From positions 1,215 to 65,214 of the forward strand of contig CAZYGK010000006.1 in the NCBI GenBank assembly GCA_964647355.1: 64,000 bases of DNA, given 5' to 3'. The notes under the pieces were generated by a model, which had not been told where the DNA came from, did not search any database, and was given only the letters and a program-made list of their open reading frames with translations. Within the stretch, counting starts at the first letter, position 1. Every line of letters starts with the position of its first letter. Position numbers and translations under genes: made by a program. Below, in pieces: positions 18,721-28,434 of the stretch. The DNA is from an uncultured Flavobacteriaceae bacterium (GTDB lineage: Bacteria; Pseudomonadota; Alphaproteobacteria; Micropepsales; Micropepsaceae).

Positions 18721-18945
18721 ATGCCCGACTCTGCAATCACCTCCTACAATACGCTCCGGCCGATCGTCGTCCGCACGATCCGCGAAGCATTTGACGACGC
18801 CGTCAAAGAAATCGAACAGCGCCGCGGTGCGCTACCGGAGTGCGAACGCGCAAAAATCGCGCACCACTTGGTCGAGATGGCCAAGCACGGCGAATGCAGC
18901 TTCGAGCGCCTGCGTGGCGCCGCAATCGAAGCCGTCCCGCTCTAG
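18721..18945 (+). CDS. Hypothetical small protein (74 aa)
   Basis: The ORF track gives 18622..18945. ATG at 18721 is preceded by GGAGA. The protein is predicted to be helical (MPDSAITSYNTLRPIVVRTIREAFDDAVKEIEQRRG...). No family is recognised, and coding status is uncertain. Confidence 0.35.
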   Translation: MPDSAITSYNTLRPIVVRTIREAFDDAVKEIEQRRGALPECERAKIAHHLVEMAKHGECSFERLRGAAIEAVPL

Positions 18946-19004
18946 GCTTCTCCACGTTTAGGAGCGCTTGCTCGCGCGTATCGGCGCGTGGGACACTGGC
19001 GCGC

Positions 19005-20288
19005 ATGGTCCGCGTACTCATCGCAGCTATCGTCGCCCTCGCCGCCGCCCTCTCGGCTGGCGCCAGCGGCCTCGACCGCATCGAAAAGCCGCCAGTGGGT
19101 TGGCGCGGCCCGGTCTTCAAACCGCGCTTCGATTTCCCGAAGGCCATCAAAGCCGAACCCCGCCCGTGGACGGCAATCAGCTTCCGCAAGGAACCGGAGC
19201 GCTATCTGAGTGTGTTGCTCGCCTACGCGCTCGAAGGCCAAGACCACGCACACTGGCGTCTTCGCGCGAACAAAGCGCGCCGCTGGTACCACGTTCCGTG
19301 GCTGGGCCCGGGCGCGAACGGCCGCGAGTTCATCCACGGCCTAACGCGCGCGCGAGACTTCGCGCCCGGCGAACTCAGCCCAACTCAGACGGGATGCCGC
19401 CAGAACTGGGCGCTCGCGTTCTACAACGACATCGGCGGCAAAACGCTTCGCGCCGTATGGGGGCAAGGAAAGCGCGCCCCGGACTTAAGCGCCCTTCCCT
19501 TCGACGACGGCACCGTAGCCGTGAAGCTTGTGTTCACCGAGGCCACGGCACTTGACGACCCGAAACTCGCCGGCGCCCCGGAACTCAAGGCCAACATCCA
19601 CGTTGCGCCGCATAGTTCCAACTGCGCCCCGGCCACCACGCCGTCGGGTAAGCCTACAGCGCGCGCGCCACGCACATTGCGGCTCATCCAAGTCGACCTC
19701 GCGGTGCGCGAGGATCGCGCAAGTTACAAGACCGGCTGGGTGTTCGGCAGCTTTCGCTACGACGGCACGATGCCCGGCCGCGATCCGTGGAGCAGACTCG
19801 TGCCGCTCGGCCTCATGTGGGGCAACGATCCGCAACTTGGCGACGCCGACGCGGCCACAGGAGCAGCACCACGCCAATCGATCGTGTTCGCAGCCGGAAC
19901 AGGGTTCGGCCGCGGAGGCCGCATGAACGGCATCGTCGATGAACGCAGCTCCGCCTGCTCGTCCTGCCACATGGCCGCGCAATGGCCGACGGTGGCAGCG
20001 ATGACGCCGCCGCCGTCCTGGACCGACGCGAAGTGTTGGTTCCGCAACCTCGACGCCCGGTACGCATTCGGCTACCCGCCCGGCTTCAAAGGCGGCTGCG
20101 CCGACCCCGCAGCGCTCGACAAAATCCGCGCCCTCGACTTCTCGCTCCAACTCACGATCGCACTCCGCAACTGGAGCCTAGAGCGCACGAAGAACGGCGC
20201 ACCAGCCCACACGCGCATCGGTACACTAAAACGCCGGGGCGACGAGCTCTTCGTCGACGGCCATAAGAGCATCGCGCTCAAGCGCTAG
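19005..20288 (+). CDS. Exported hypothetical protein with a single CXXCH motif (possible c-type haem site)
   Basis: The ORF track gives 18840..20288. ATG at 19005 gives a signal peptide MVRVLIAAIVALAAALSAGA|SG. CSSCH lies at nt 19956-19970. Conserved-looking blocks include WYHVPWLGPG.NGREFIHGLTRARDF and GWVFGSFRYDG. Confidence 0.65.
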   Translation: MVRVLIAAIVALAAALSAGASGLDRIEKPPVGWRGPVFKPRFDFPKAIKAEPRPWTAISFRKEPERYLSVLLAYALEGQDHAHWRLRANKARRWYHVPWLGPGANGREFIHGLTRARDFAPGELSPTQTGCRQNWALAFYNDIGGKTLRAVWGQGKRAPDLSALPFDDGTVAVKLVFTEATALDDPKLAGAPELKANIHVAPHSSNCAPATTPSGKPTARAPRTLRLIQVDLAVREDRASYKTGWVFGSFRYDGTMPGRDPWSRLVPLGLMWGNDPQLGDADAATGAAPRQSIVFAAGTGFGRGGRMNGIVDERSSACSSCHMAAQWPTVAAMTPPPSWTDAKCWFRNLDARYAFGYPPGFKGGCADPAALDKIRALDFSLQLTIALRNWSLERTKNGAPAHTRIGTLKRRGDELFVDGHKSIALKR

Positions 20289-20695
20289 CGTTTGCGTCTC
20301 GTCTTCGGCGCTAAGAGCGGTAACTCACGCGGCACAACCGTCTTGCGGGTAGGTTTCGCCTTCGCCCGGCCCTTGATCGCAGCCTCGTAAGCCCGCCGCG
20401 CCCAATCCGCCAACTCGTCCGTGTCGTCGAGCAAGCGCGCCGGCACTTCGAGATAGCTCATCGCAATCGTGTCGCCACGCTTGCTTTCGAACACGAACGG
20501 CTTCGATCCCTCGCGCTCGAACAACGGACGTGTTTCGTCGTTGGCTTTCAGATAGATGCGCTCGTCCGCAATCAGACCGAACATCTGATCTTTGAAGTAA
20601 ATCCCGGCGCCGCCGAACATCAGCTTAATTTTGACCTCGCCGAACGGCGCAAAGAGATCCGTGACATAGTCCCGGAACTCGGCGCTGACCGCCAC
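20285..20695 (-). CDS. TfoX/Sxy N-terminal domain protein
   Basis: The ORF track gives 20285..20932, but the upstream part overlaps sufA. The likely start is GTG at 20695 (TAGTG junction with the sufA stop). The core is EFRDYVTDLFAPFGEVKIKLMFGGAGIYFKDQMFGLIADERIYLK, followed by a basic C-terminal tail. Confidence 0.7.
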   Translation of the reverse strand: MAVSAEFRDYVTDLFAPFGEVKIKLMFGGAGIYFKDQMFGLIADERIYLKANDETRPLFEREGSKPFVFESKRGDTIAMSYLEVPARLLDDTDELADWARRAYEAAIKGRAKAKPTRKTVVPRELPLLAPKTRRKR

Positions 20696-21075
20696 TACTG
20701 CACCGCGGCCTTTAGCGCCACGGATTCGCCGCAGCCGCAGGCGCTCGTTTGGTTCGGGTTGTTGAACACAAAGCGCGCCTGCAGCTTGTCGCGCACGAAA
20801 TCCATCTCGGTGCCGATCAGAAACAAGATCGCCTTCGGGTCGATCAGAATCCTGACACCCTTGTCCTCGACGACCTCGTCGAGCGGGTTTTGTTTCTCGG
20901 CATAGTCCATCGTGTAGGACATGCCCGCGCACCCCGCGTTCTTAAGCCCCACACGAATCCCGACCACGGGCGTCTCCGCCTTCGCCATCGCGGCCTTCAC
21001 CTGCTCGGCGGCGGCATCGGTCAGACGCAGCGCCTTCGGTCGTTCGCGACGGGGTCTTGGAGTTGCTTCGCTCAT
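20695..21075 (-). CDS. sufA: Fe-S cluster insertion/A-type carrier protein (SufA/IscA/HesB family)
   Basis: The sequence shows GIRVGLKNAGCAGMSY...FNNPNQTSACGCGESV, with the three conserved Cys residues of A-type carriers. Confidence 0.9.
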   Translation of the reverse strand: MSEATPRPRRERPKALRLTDAAAEQVKAAMAKAETPVVGIRVGLKNAGCAGMSYTMDYAEKQNPLDEVVEDKGVRILIDPKAILFLIGTEMDFVRDKLQARFVFNNPNQTSACGCGESVALKAAVQ

Positions 21076-21090
21076 AAGCCGAATCTGGTC

Positions 21091-21450
21091 CTAGAACATG
21101 TTCAATTCAAGCTTGGCTTCTTCCGACATTCGTTCCGGCGTCCACGGCGGGTCGAAAACCATGTTGACCGTCACCTCACCGATGCCCGGCACCTTGGAGA
21201 CGGCATCCTTGACCCAGCCCGGCATCTCGCCCGCGACCGGGCACGCCGGCGCCGTCAACGTCATGTCGATCGTGATGTCCTTTTTGTCGGACACATCGAT
21301 CTTGTAGATGAGCCCCAGCTCGTAAACGTCCACCGGAATCTCCGGATCGAACACGGTCTTGAGTTCGCGGATGAGTGCCTGCGTCAGCTCTTCGAGCTCC
21401 TCCGGCTTCAAAGCCCCGCTCTCGAGCGGCAATGGCAATTGCGTGTTCAT
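21091..21450 (-). CDS. sufT: SUF-associated DUF59/MIP18 family Fe-S assembly protein (SufT-like)
   Basis: The sequence shows VFDPEIPVDVYELGLIY...TLTAPACPVAGEM, the DUF59 signature. It overlaps the sufS stop by 4 nt. Confidence 0.8.
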   Translation of the reverse strand: MNTQLPLPLESGALKPEELEELTQALIRELKTVFDPEIPVDVYELGLIYKIDVSDKKDITIDMTLTAPACPVAGEMPGWVKDAVSKVPGIGEVTVNMVFDPPWTPERMSEEAKLELNMF

Positions 21451-22670
21451 GCGAAGATCGCCCGAGCCTTATGCAGAGCCTCGATCAAAACATCGACCTC
21501 AGCCCGCGTATTGTAAAAAGCAAACGACGCCCGCGCGGTCGCGGGCACGCCAAGCCGCTCCATCAGCGGCTGCGCGCAATGGTGTCCCGCGCGCACCGCC
21601 ACCCCGTGGCGGTCGACCACCGTCGCCACGTCATGCGCGTGCGCCCCATCCATCGTGAACGAGATGATCGAACCCTTCCCCGGCGCCTGACCCTGGATCC
21701 TGATCCAGTTCAACGCCGCGAACCGCGCGGTCGCATAGTCGAGCAGGTCGTGCTCCTGCGCCACGAGCTCGGCGCGGTTGAACGAACGGATATAGTCGAT
21801 GGCAGCACCCAGGCCCACGGCTTCGATGATCGGCGGCGTGCCCGCCTCGAACCGCTGCGGCAAGCCTCCGTACGTGATGTGATCCTTGAAAACTTCATCG
21901 ATCATCTCGCCGCCGCCACGAAACGGCGGCAGCCGCTCGGCCCACTCGCGCTTCATATAGAGGAAGCCGATGCCGGTCGGCCCGTAGAGTTTGTGCCCTG
22001 TGCCGACATAGAAATCGCATTCCAGGAACTGTACATCGATCGCTTGGTGCACCGACGCCTGACAGCCATCGAACAGCACCGGTATGCCGCGCGCATGCGC
22101 CGCGCGCGCGATCGCCTTTGCCGGCGTCACGGTCCCCAGCACATTCGACATATGCGTGACCGCAACGATCTTCGTCCGCGGCGAAAGCAACGCCTCGAAC
22201 GCCGCAAGATCGAACCCGCCGTCGTCCCGGATCGGCGCCCAGCGGATCACCGCCCCTTTGCGCTCGCGCAGGAAATGCCACGGCACGATGTTCGAATGAT
22301 GCTCCATCTCCGAGAGCACAATCTCGTCGCCCTCGCCGATGGATTGACCCAGCGAATTCGCAACGAGATTGATCGCGTCCGTACCGCCGCCGGTAAAGAC
22401 GACTCGATTGACGGCGGGTGCGTTGATGAACGAGCGCACCTTCTCGCGCGCAGCCTCGTAAGCCTCGGTCGCAGCGTTCGATAGCGCATGCAATCCGCGA
22501 TGCACATTGGCGTAGGAGCCCCGCATCATCTCCGTCATCGCATCGATCACGGCCTGCGGCTTCTGCGCCGACGCTGCGTTGTCGAGATAGACGAGAGGCT
22601 TCCCGTTCACCTGCCGCTGCAGGATCGGAAAGTCTGCACGAACCTGGGCGATGTCGAAAGCGCGCGTCAT
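21447..22670 (-). CDS. sufS: Cysteine desulfurase SufS (class V aminotransferase, group II)
   Basis: The ORF track gives 21447..22712. ATG at 22670 forms an ATGA overlap with the sufD stop. Motifs are FPIL...YLDNAASAQKP, the PLP lysine context GHKLYGPTGIG, and the catalytic Cys in RAGHHCAQP. Confidence 0.9.
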   Translation of the reverse strand: MTRAFDIAQVRADFPILQRQVNGKPLVYLDNAASAQKPQAVIDAMTEMMRGSYANVHRGLHALSNAATEAYEAAREKVRSFINAPAVNRVVFTGGGTDAINLVANSLGQSIGEGDEIVLSEMEHHSNIVPWHFLRERKGAVIRWAPIRDDGGFDLAAFEALLSPRTKIVAVTHMSNVLGTVTPAKAIARAAHARGIPVLFDGCQASVHQAIDVQFLECDFYVGTGHKLYGPTGIGFLYMKREWAERLPPFRGGGEMIDEVFKDHITYGGLPQRFEAGTPPIIEAVGLGAAIDYIRSFNRAELVAQEHDLLDYATARFAALNWIRIQGQAPGKGSIISFTMDGAHAHDVATVVDRHGVAVRAGHHCAQPLMERLGVPATARASFAFYNTRAEVDVLIEALHKARAIFA

Positions 22671-23962
22671 GACAACGCCCCCGCGACCACCGCCATACGC
22701 GCCGCAAGCCAAGCCTCGACGGAGGCGCGATAGGGATCAGGCAACCGCTCCGTCACCTCACCCAGAAACGCGCCAACCAACATGTTGCGCGCTTCTTGCT
22801 CGGGGATACCGCGTGCGCGCAGATAGAACAGCTGGTTCGCATCAAGCGCGCCCACCGCAGCCCCATGCCCGCACTTCACGTCGTCCGCGAAAATTTCTAG
22901 CTCGGGCTTTTGGTCGATCTCGGCGTGCGGCGTCAGCAGCAGCGCGCGCGACATCTGATGACTGTCGGACTTCTGCGCCTCCGGCTTCACGATCACCCGC
23001 CCTTGGACGACGCCGTGTCCGCTGCCCGATGCGACACCCTTGGCAAGGATGCGGCTCGTCGTGTGCGGCGCCTCGTGCACCACTTCCAATGTGAAGTCCG
23101 TATGCTGCCCCTCTCCCGCGGCGTAGGCGCAAGCGTGTGCAAAAGCGGCGCCCGGCCCTGTCAGCCTTGCGGTCGCCTGCTGACGTGCGAGCGCAGCGCC
23201 GGACGACGCCCCGATTCCCCGATACGATGCATCGCGAGCAACGTCGATGCTATCCGCGCGCACGACAACGCCCGCACCCTCGCTCGCCGTCACCCGCAGG
23301 TGCCGCAGCCGCGCGCCACGCTCCAAGCTGATCGCTGTCACGGTGCTCGCAAAGCTCGCCGTCGCCCCGCCGTCGTCAACCTCAACCAGCGTAAGCTCGG
23401 CACCCTCCTCCAAGGCGATCACGTTGCGCGTATGCGCCATCGCCGCTTCGTTCAAGGACGAACGCAGCAACACCGGCAGTTGCACCTGCATCCCCTTACC
23501 CACGCGGATCAGCGCACCGTCGCTCGCAAAGGCGAGATTCAGGTTCTCGACTGCATCGGCCGTCGGCTGCAACCACTGCCTCAGCCACAGCGAAGGCATC
23601 GCCAACGCCTCGGCCAAACTGATCACCTCAAGCCCATCCGGCAGATCATCCGGCACAGCGCCCACTTTGCCGCCGACCAAGTGCAAGCGGTGCGCCCGTA
23701 GCCCCTCGAACACGTCGGGACCAGCAACGCCCTGTCCCGTCGCCAGATCGAGCCCCCACGGAACCTTGTTCCTGAAGTCGGTGTACTTCCACGCCTCGAC
23801 GCGTCTGTGCGGCAGCCCATCGCGCGTGACACGGTTGAGCGCCTCCGCGCGAAGCGGCTGCAACCACGACGCACCCGGAAGCTGCGCACGCACCTTCGAG
23901 AACAGCGCGACCAGCGCGCTTTCCGGCGTCACGTCCATGGTGGTCTCAACCGCCGCCATCAA
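22667..23962 (-). CDS. sufD: Fe-S cluster assembly protein SufD
   Basis: The protein is 431 aa with a beta-helix core and the C-terminal motif (LL.P.AEIDQKPELEIFADDVKCGHGA..G.LD..QLFYLRARGI). Confidence 0.9.
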   Translation of the reverse strand: MMAAVETTMDVTPESALVALFSKVRAQLPGASWLQPLRAEALNRVTRDGLPHRRVEAWKYTDFRNKVPWGLDLATGQGVAGPDVFEGLRAHRLHLVGGKVGAVPDDLPDGLEVISLAEALAMPSLWLRQWLQPTADAVENLNLAFASDGALIRVGKGMQVQLPVLLRSSLNEAAMAHTRNVIALEEGAELTLVEVDDGGATASFASTVTAISLERGARLRHLRVTASEGAGVVVRADSIDVARDASYRGIGASSGAALARQQATARLTGPGAAFAHACAYAAGEGQHTDFTLEVVHEAPHTTSRILAKGVASGSGHGVVQGRVIVKPEAQKSDSHQMSRALLLTPHAEIDQKPELEIFADDVKCGHGAAVGALDANQLFYLRARGIPEQEARNMLVGAFLGEVTERLPDPYRASVEAWLAARMAVVAGALS

Positions 23963-24708
23963 GCCGCCTTCACGATTTCGTCGTACCCGCGCTTCTCAAG
24001 CTCGAGAGCAAGCTCCGGCCCACCCGACTTCGCAATGCGTCCAGCAGCCAGCACATGCACCCGGTCCGGCACGATATGATCGAGCAGCCGCTGATAGTGC
24101 GTGATCACGAGGAAGCTGCGGTCCGGCGCCCGAAGAGCGTTCACGCCGTTCGAAACGACTTTCAACGCATCGATGTCGAGGCCAGAGTCCGTCTCATCCA
24201 GGATTGCAAGCCGCGGCTTGAGCATCGCCATCTGCAGCACTTCGTTGCGCTTCTTCTCGCCGCCTGAGAATCCGACATTCACGGCCCGCTTCACCATTTC
24301 GTCGGACATCTGGAGCTTCTCGCGCTCTTCCTTGAAGCGTTTGAGGAACGTCACCGCGTCCAGTTCAGCCTCGCCCCGCGCCTTCAACTGCGCATTCAAA
24401 GCGGTGCGCAGGAAGTTGATCGTGGTGACACCCGGTATCTCCACCGGATACTGCATCGCCAAGAAGATGCCCGCCGCCGCCCGTGCCTCGGTGTTCAACT
24501 CAAGGAGATTCTGCCCCCGGAACACGACGCTACCCTGGGTCACCTCATAGCCAGCACGGCCGGCCAGAACGTAGGACAGCGTCGACTTGCCGGAACCATT
24601 CGGCCCCATGATCGCGTGCACCTCGCCTTCGCCGAGCGAAAGCGTGAGCCCCTTCAGAATCTTCTTGCCGTCGACCGTGACGTGCAGATCGTTGACTTCA
24701 AGCATCAT
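23959..24708 (-). CDS. sufC: Fe-S cluster assembly ATPase SufC
   Basis: The ORF track gives 23959..24792. The ATG-ATG at 24708/24705 gives MMLEVNDLHV. Walker A is GPNGSGKST, the signature is FSGGEKKR, and Walker B is AILDETDSGLD. Confidence 0.95.
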   Translation of the reverse strand: MMLEVNDLHVTVDGKKILKGLTLSLGEGEVHAIMGPNGSGKSTLSYVLAGRAGYEVTQGSVVFRGQNLLELNTEARAAAGIFLAMQYPVEIPGVTTINFLRTALNAQLKARGEAELDAVTFLKRFKEEREKLQMSDEMVKRAVNVGFSGGEKKRNEVLQMAMLKPRLAILDETDSGLDIDALKVVSNGVNALRAPDRSFLVITHYQRLLDHIVPDRVHVLAAGRIAKSGGPELALELEKRGYDEIVKAA

Positions 24709-24961
24709 CCCAATTGCCCTTATACGGACCAACCTCGCGCCCTTTGCGGCGGAACAGGTTGCCGATGAAAAACGCCACGGCTGACGCGGCACCCACGATC
24801 AGCGCCACCACCAGCAGCGTCGACGCGACGATCGCGATGAGCGCCAGAACGGCCACCGCCACGGCAAGCACGCCAGCAGCACTCAACCAGCCGCGCCACC
24901 CGCGCGGCTTGAAATACGCCCAGTTGATCGTCACCCGAGGCAAGTCGCGCGGATCGGTCAT
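24698..24961 (-). CDS. Small hydrophobic protein (87 aa, probably 2 TM segments) embedded between sufB and sufC
   Basis: An ATG start with AGGAG 8 nt upstream. About 45 consecutive hydrophobic residues (WLSAAGVLAVAVAVLALIAIVASTLLVVALIVGAASAVAFFIGNLF) are flanked by basic residues. Third-codon-position GC is high over the first 20 codons I checked. It overlaps the sufC start by 11 nt. Confidence 0.5.
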   Translation of the reverse strand: MTDPRDLPRVTINWAYFKPRGWRGWLSAAGVLAVAVAVLALIAIVASTLLVVALIVGAASAVAFFIGNLFRRKGREVGPYKGNWDDA

Positions 24962-24974
24962 CTCAAACGCTCCT

Positions 24975-25067
24975 CCTGGGACCGCGGGCGGCCCCGCCCG
25001 CTCTTCCAGCGTTGGCGCCGCACAGATCCAGAAAGTAAGAGCGGGCGAGGCCGCTCGCGGTCCCAGG
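24975..25067 (-). repeat. 93-nt near-perfect inverted repeat (31-nt arms, 31-nt loop) in the sufB-downstream spacer
   Basis: Arm 24975-25005 reads cctgggaccgcgggcggccccgcccgctctt. Arm 25037-25067 reads aagagcgggcgaggccgctcgcggtcccagg. The arms are 29/31 complementary; in the mRNA sense the two exceptions are one G-U and one A-C. The element fills most of the 111-nt gap. Confidence 0.85.
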
Positions 25068-25072
25068 AAGGA

Positions 25073-26524
<1,452 letters not shown>

Positions 26525-26531
26525 CGCGCCC

Positions 26532-27683
26532 TCATGCCGCCGCGCGCGCTTCGGCGCGCTTGACGATTCTGATCCATGCCTCCGCGAACGCGTCCAAGTC
26601 CTGCTCGCGCGTGTTCCAGCCAAAGCTCACCCGGATCGCGCATGCGGCGAGCGCTGGCTCCACACCCATCGCGGTCAGCACGTGGCTCTGCGTCACCTTG
26701 CCGGACGAGCACGCCGCCCCCGCACTCACCGAGAACCCGTCGAGATCGAGCGCTATCACCATGTTTTCCGCCGGCACGCCTGGCGCAGCGACGCAGACCG
26801 TATTCGCCAAGCGCTCGGCTTCCGCTCCAAACACCACGGCGCGCGGCACTGCGCTCGACAGCTTGTGCTCAAGCGCTGTGCGCCAGCCAGCATTGAGCCG
26901 GCTGCGTTGCGCCGCTTCCACCGCCGCGCCGAAGCCGGCGATAGCGGCGACATTTTCGGTCCCGGCCCGCCGCCCGAACTCTTGGCCCCCGCCGCGAATT
27001 TGCGACGCAAGCGGCACACCGGAACAAACGACAAGCGCCCCGACACCTTGCGGTCCGCCGAGCTTATGCGCGTTGAACGACAGATAATCGGCGCGGAGCG
27101 CGCCAACGGCGACATCGACTTTCCCGACCGCCTGCACCGCGTCGCAGTGGACGAGCGCACCGGCAGCACGCGCAAGCGCAGCGGCTTCCGAAACCGGTTG
27201 GATGACGCCAGTTTCGTTGTTCGCCGCCATCACCGAGACAAGCGCGCGCCCCCTGCCTTCGTTCAACAAACTGCGTAGTGCCGCCAAATCGACAACACCC
27301 GCGGACGTCGCGGGACACACAGCCACACGCAACCCCGGCACGGTCTCCTCGCACAACACCGCGGTCGCACGCACGGACTCATGCTCGATGGCCGACACGA
27401 TAAGCCGCGTGATACGCGCGCCCGCCGCCGCCGCGCCCTGCACCGCGCCGCGCAGCGCAAGGGCATTGGATTCCGACCCGCCACTCGTAAAGATCACGTC
27501 GTCGGCAGCCGCGCCGACGGCATCCGCCACCTGACGCCGCGCCCGCTCGATCGTCGCGCGCGCGCCACGCCCGTCCGCGTGCACCGAAAGCGCGTTCCCG
27601 GGCGCATCCAGCGCCGCAAGCATCGCCGCCCGCGCTTCGGAGCGCAGTGGCGACGTCGCGTTATGGTCGAAATAGACGCGCAT
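26532..27683 (-). CDS. Second cysteine desulfurase, NifS/IscS-like (class V aminotransferase)
   Basis: The N-terminus is [12 protein letters not shown]. The PLP lysine context is [16 protein letters not shown]. The active-site Cys is in SAGAACSSG. It lies between the Rrf2 gene and sufB. Confidence 0.85.
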   Translation of the reverse strand: MRVYFDHNATSPLRSEARAAMLAALDAPGNALSVHADGRGARATIERARRQVADAVGAAADDVIFTSGGSESNALALRGAVQGAAAAGARITRLIVSAIEHESVRATAVLCEETVPGLRVAVCPATSAGVVDLAALRSLLNEGRGRALVSVMAANNETGVIQPVSEAAALARAAGALVHCDAVQAVGKVDVAVGALRADYLSFNAHKLGGPQGVGALVVCSGVPLASQIRGGGQEFGRRAGTENVAAIAGFGAAVEAAQRSRLNAGWRTALEHKLSSAVPRAVVFGAEAERLANTVCVAAPGVPAENMVIALDLDGFSVSAGAACSSGKVTQSHVLTAMGVEPALAACAIRVSFGWNTREQDLDAFAEAWIRIVKRAEARAAA

Positions 27684-27685
27684 CG

Positions 27686-28156
27686 TCAGGCCGCCACGTG
27701 CTCCTTGGCACCATTCGTGTGCTCATGTTGCCGGCTCATGCCAAGGACCCGCTTGTTAACGACATCCGCAAGCGTAACCGCATTCAGAAAGATATGAATC
27801 TGCCGGCCAAGCTCTTCCCACAGATCGTGCGTAATGCAGCGGCCCTGTTGCCCCGTGCAGCCGCGCGGCGACCCAAGATCGCACCGCGTCGCTTTGATGG
27901 GCTCGTCGACCGCCAGCATGATGTCGGCGATACGCGTTTCCTCCGGTGAGCGCGCCAAGCGATAGCCACCCCCGGGCCCGCGCGCGCTGACGACGAGCCC
28001 GCCACGCCGCAACCGCGCAAACAACTGCTCCAGATAGGAGAGCGAAATCTCCTGCCGCTGGGCGATCTCATTCAACGCCACCGGTTTGCCGTTCGCGTTG
28101 CGCGCCAGATCGACCATCGCCATGACGGCATATCGGCCCTTGGTGCTCAGATTCAC
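27686..28156 (-). CDS. Rrf2-family transcriptional regulator (IscR-like, with a Cys cluster)
   Basis: The ORF track gives 27686..28519. GTG at 28156 is preceded by GAGGAG and gives VNLSTKGRYAVMAMVDLAR..., the typical Rrf2 N-terminus. It has a wHTH (EIAQRQEISLSYLEQLFARLRRGGLV) and the Cys ligand spacing C-x6-C-x6-C (ATRCDLGSPRGCTGQQGRC). Confidence 0.85.
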   Translation of the reverse strand: MNLSTKGRYAVMAMVDLARNANGKPVALNEIAQRQEISLSYLEQLFARLRRGGLVVSARGPGGGYRLARSPEETRIADIMLAVDEPIKATRCDLGSPRGCTGQQGRCITHDLWEELGRQIHIFLNAVTLADVVNKRVLGMSRQHEHTNGAKEHVAA

Positions 28157-28274
28157 CGCGCCAATCTCCTCTTCTCTAAGGGCGCCCAGGCGGCTGGCCC
28201 ACCCATGCGGGATTTTCTTGCTTTTTCGCCTAGGACCCGTGGTAGAAAGCGCGCCCAATCGCTTTCCGCCGCGC

Positions 28275-28307
28275 GATATAGATTTCCCGAGTGCAGTGGT
28301 CAAGTAT
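28275..28307 (-). promoter_or_regulatory. Candidate sigma70-type promoter with an overlapping IscR-type operator for the Rrf2-suf operon
   Basis: The minus strand reads ATACTTGACCACTGCACTCGGGAAATCTATATC. TTGACC (28298-28303), a 17-nt spacer and TATATC (28275-28280) form the promoter. The first 25 nt closely resemble the E. coli iscR-promoter type-1 IscR site as I remember it (ATAGTTGACCAATTTACTCGGGAAT). Confidence 0.45.
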
Positions 28308-28434
28308 TCTGCCGCGGATTTCCGCAACCCGCGGCTAATCCATTGGACTGGAAGCCTTTTCGAGCGGCGCCTCTGGACCCCACATCCCGAGACTGCGAAT
28401 CGGAAATACGTGCCGAAACTAGAGGTGAGCCCGA

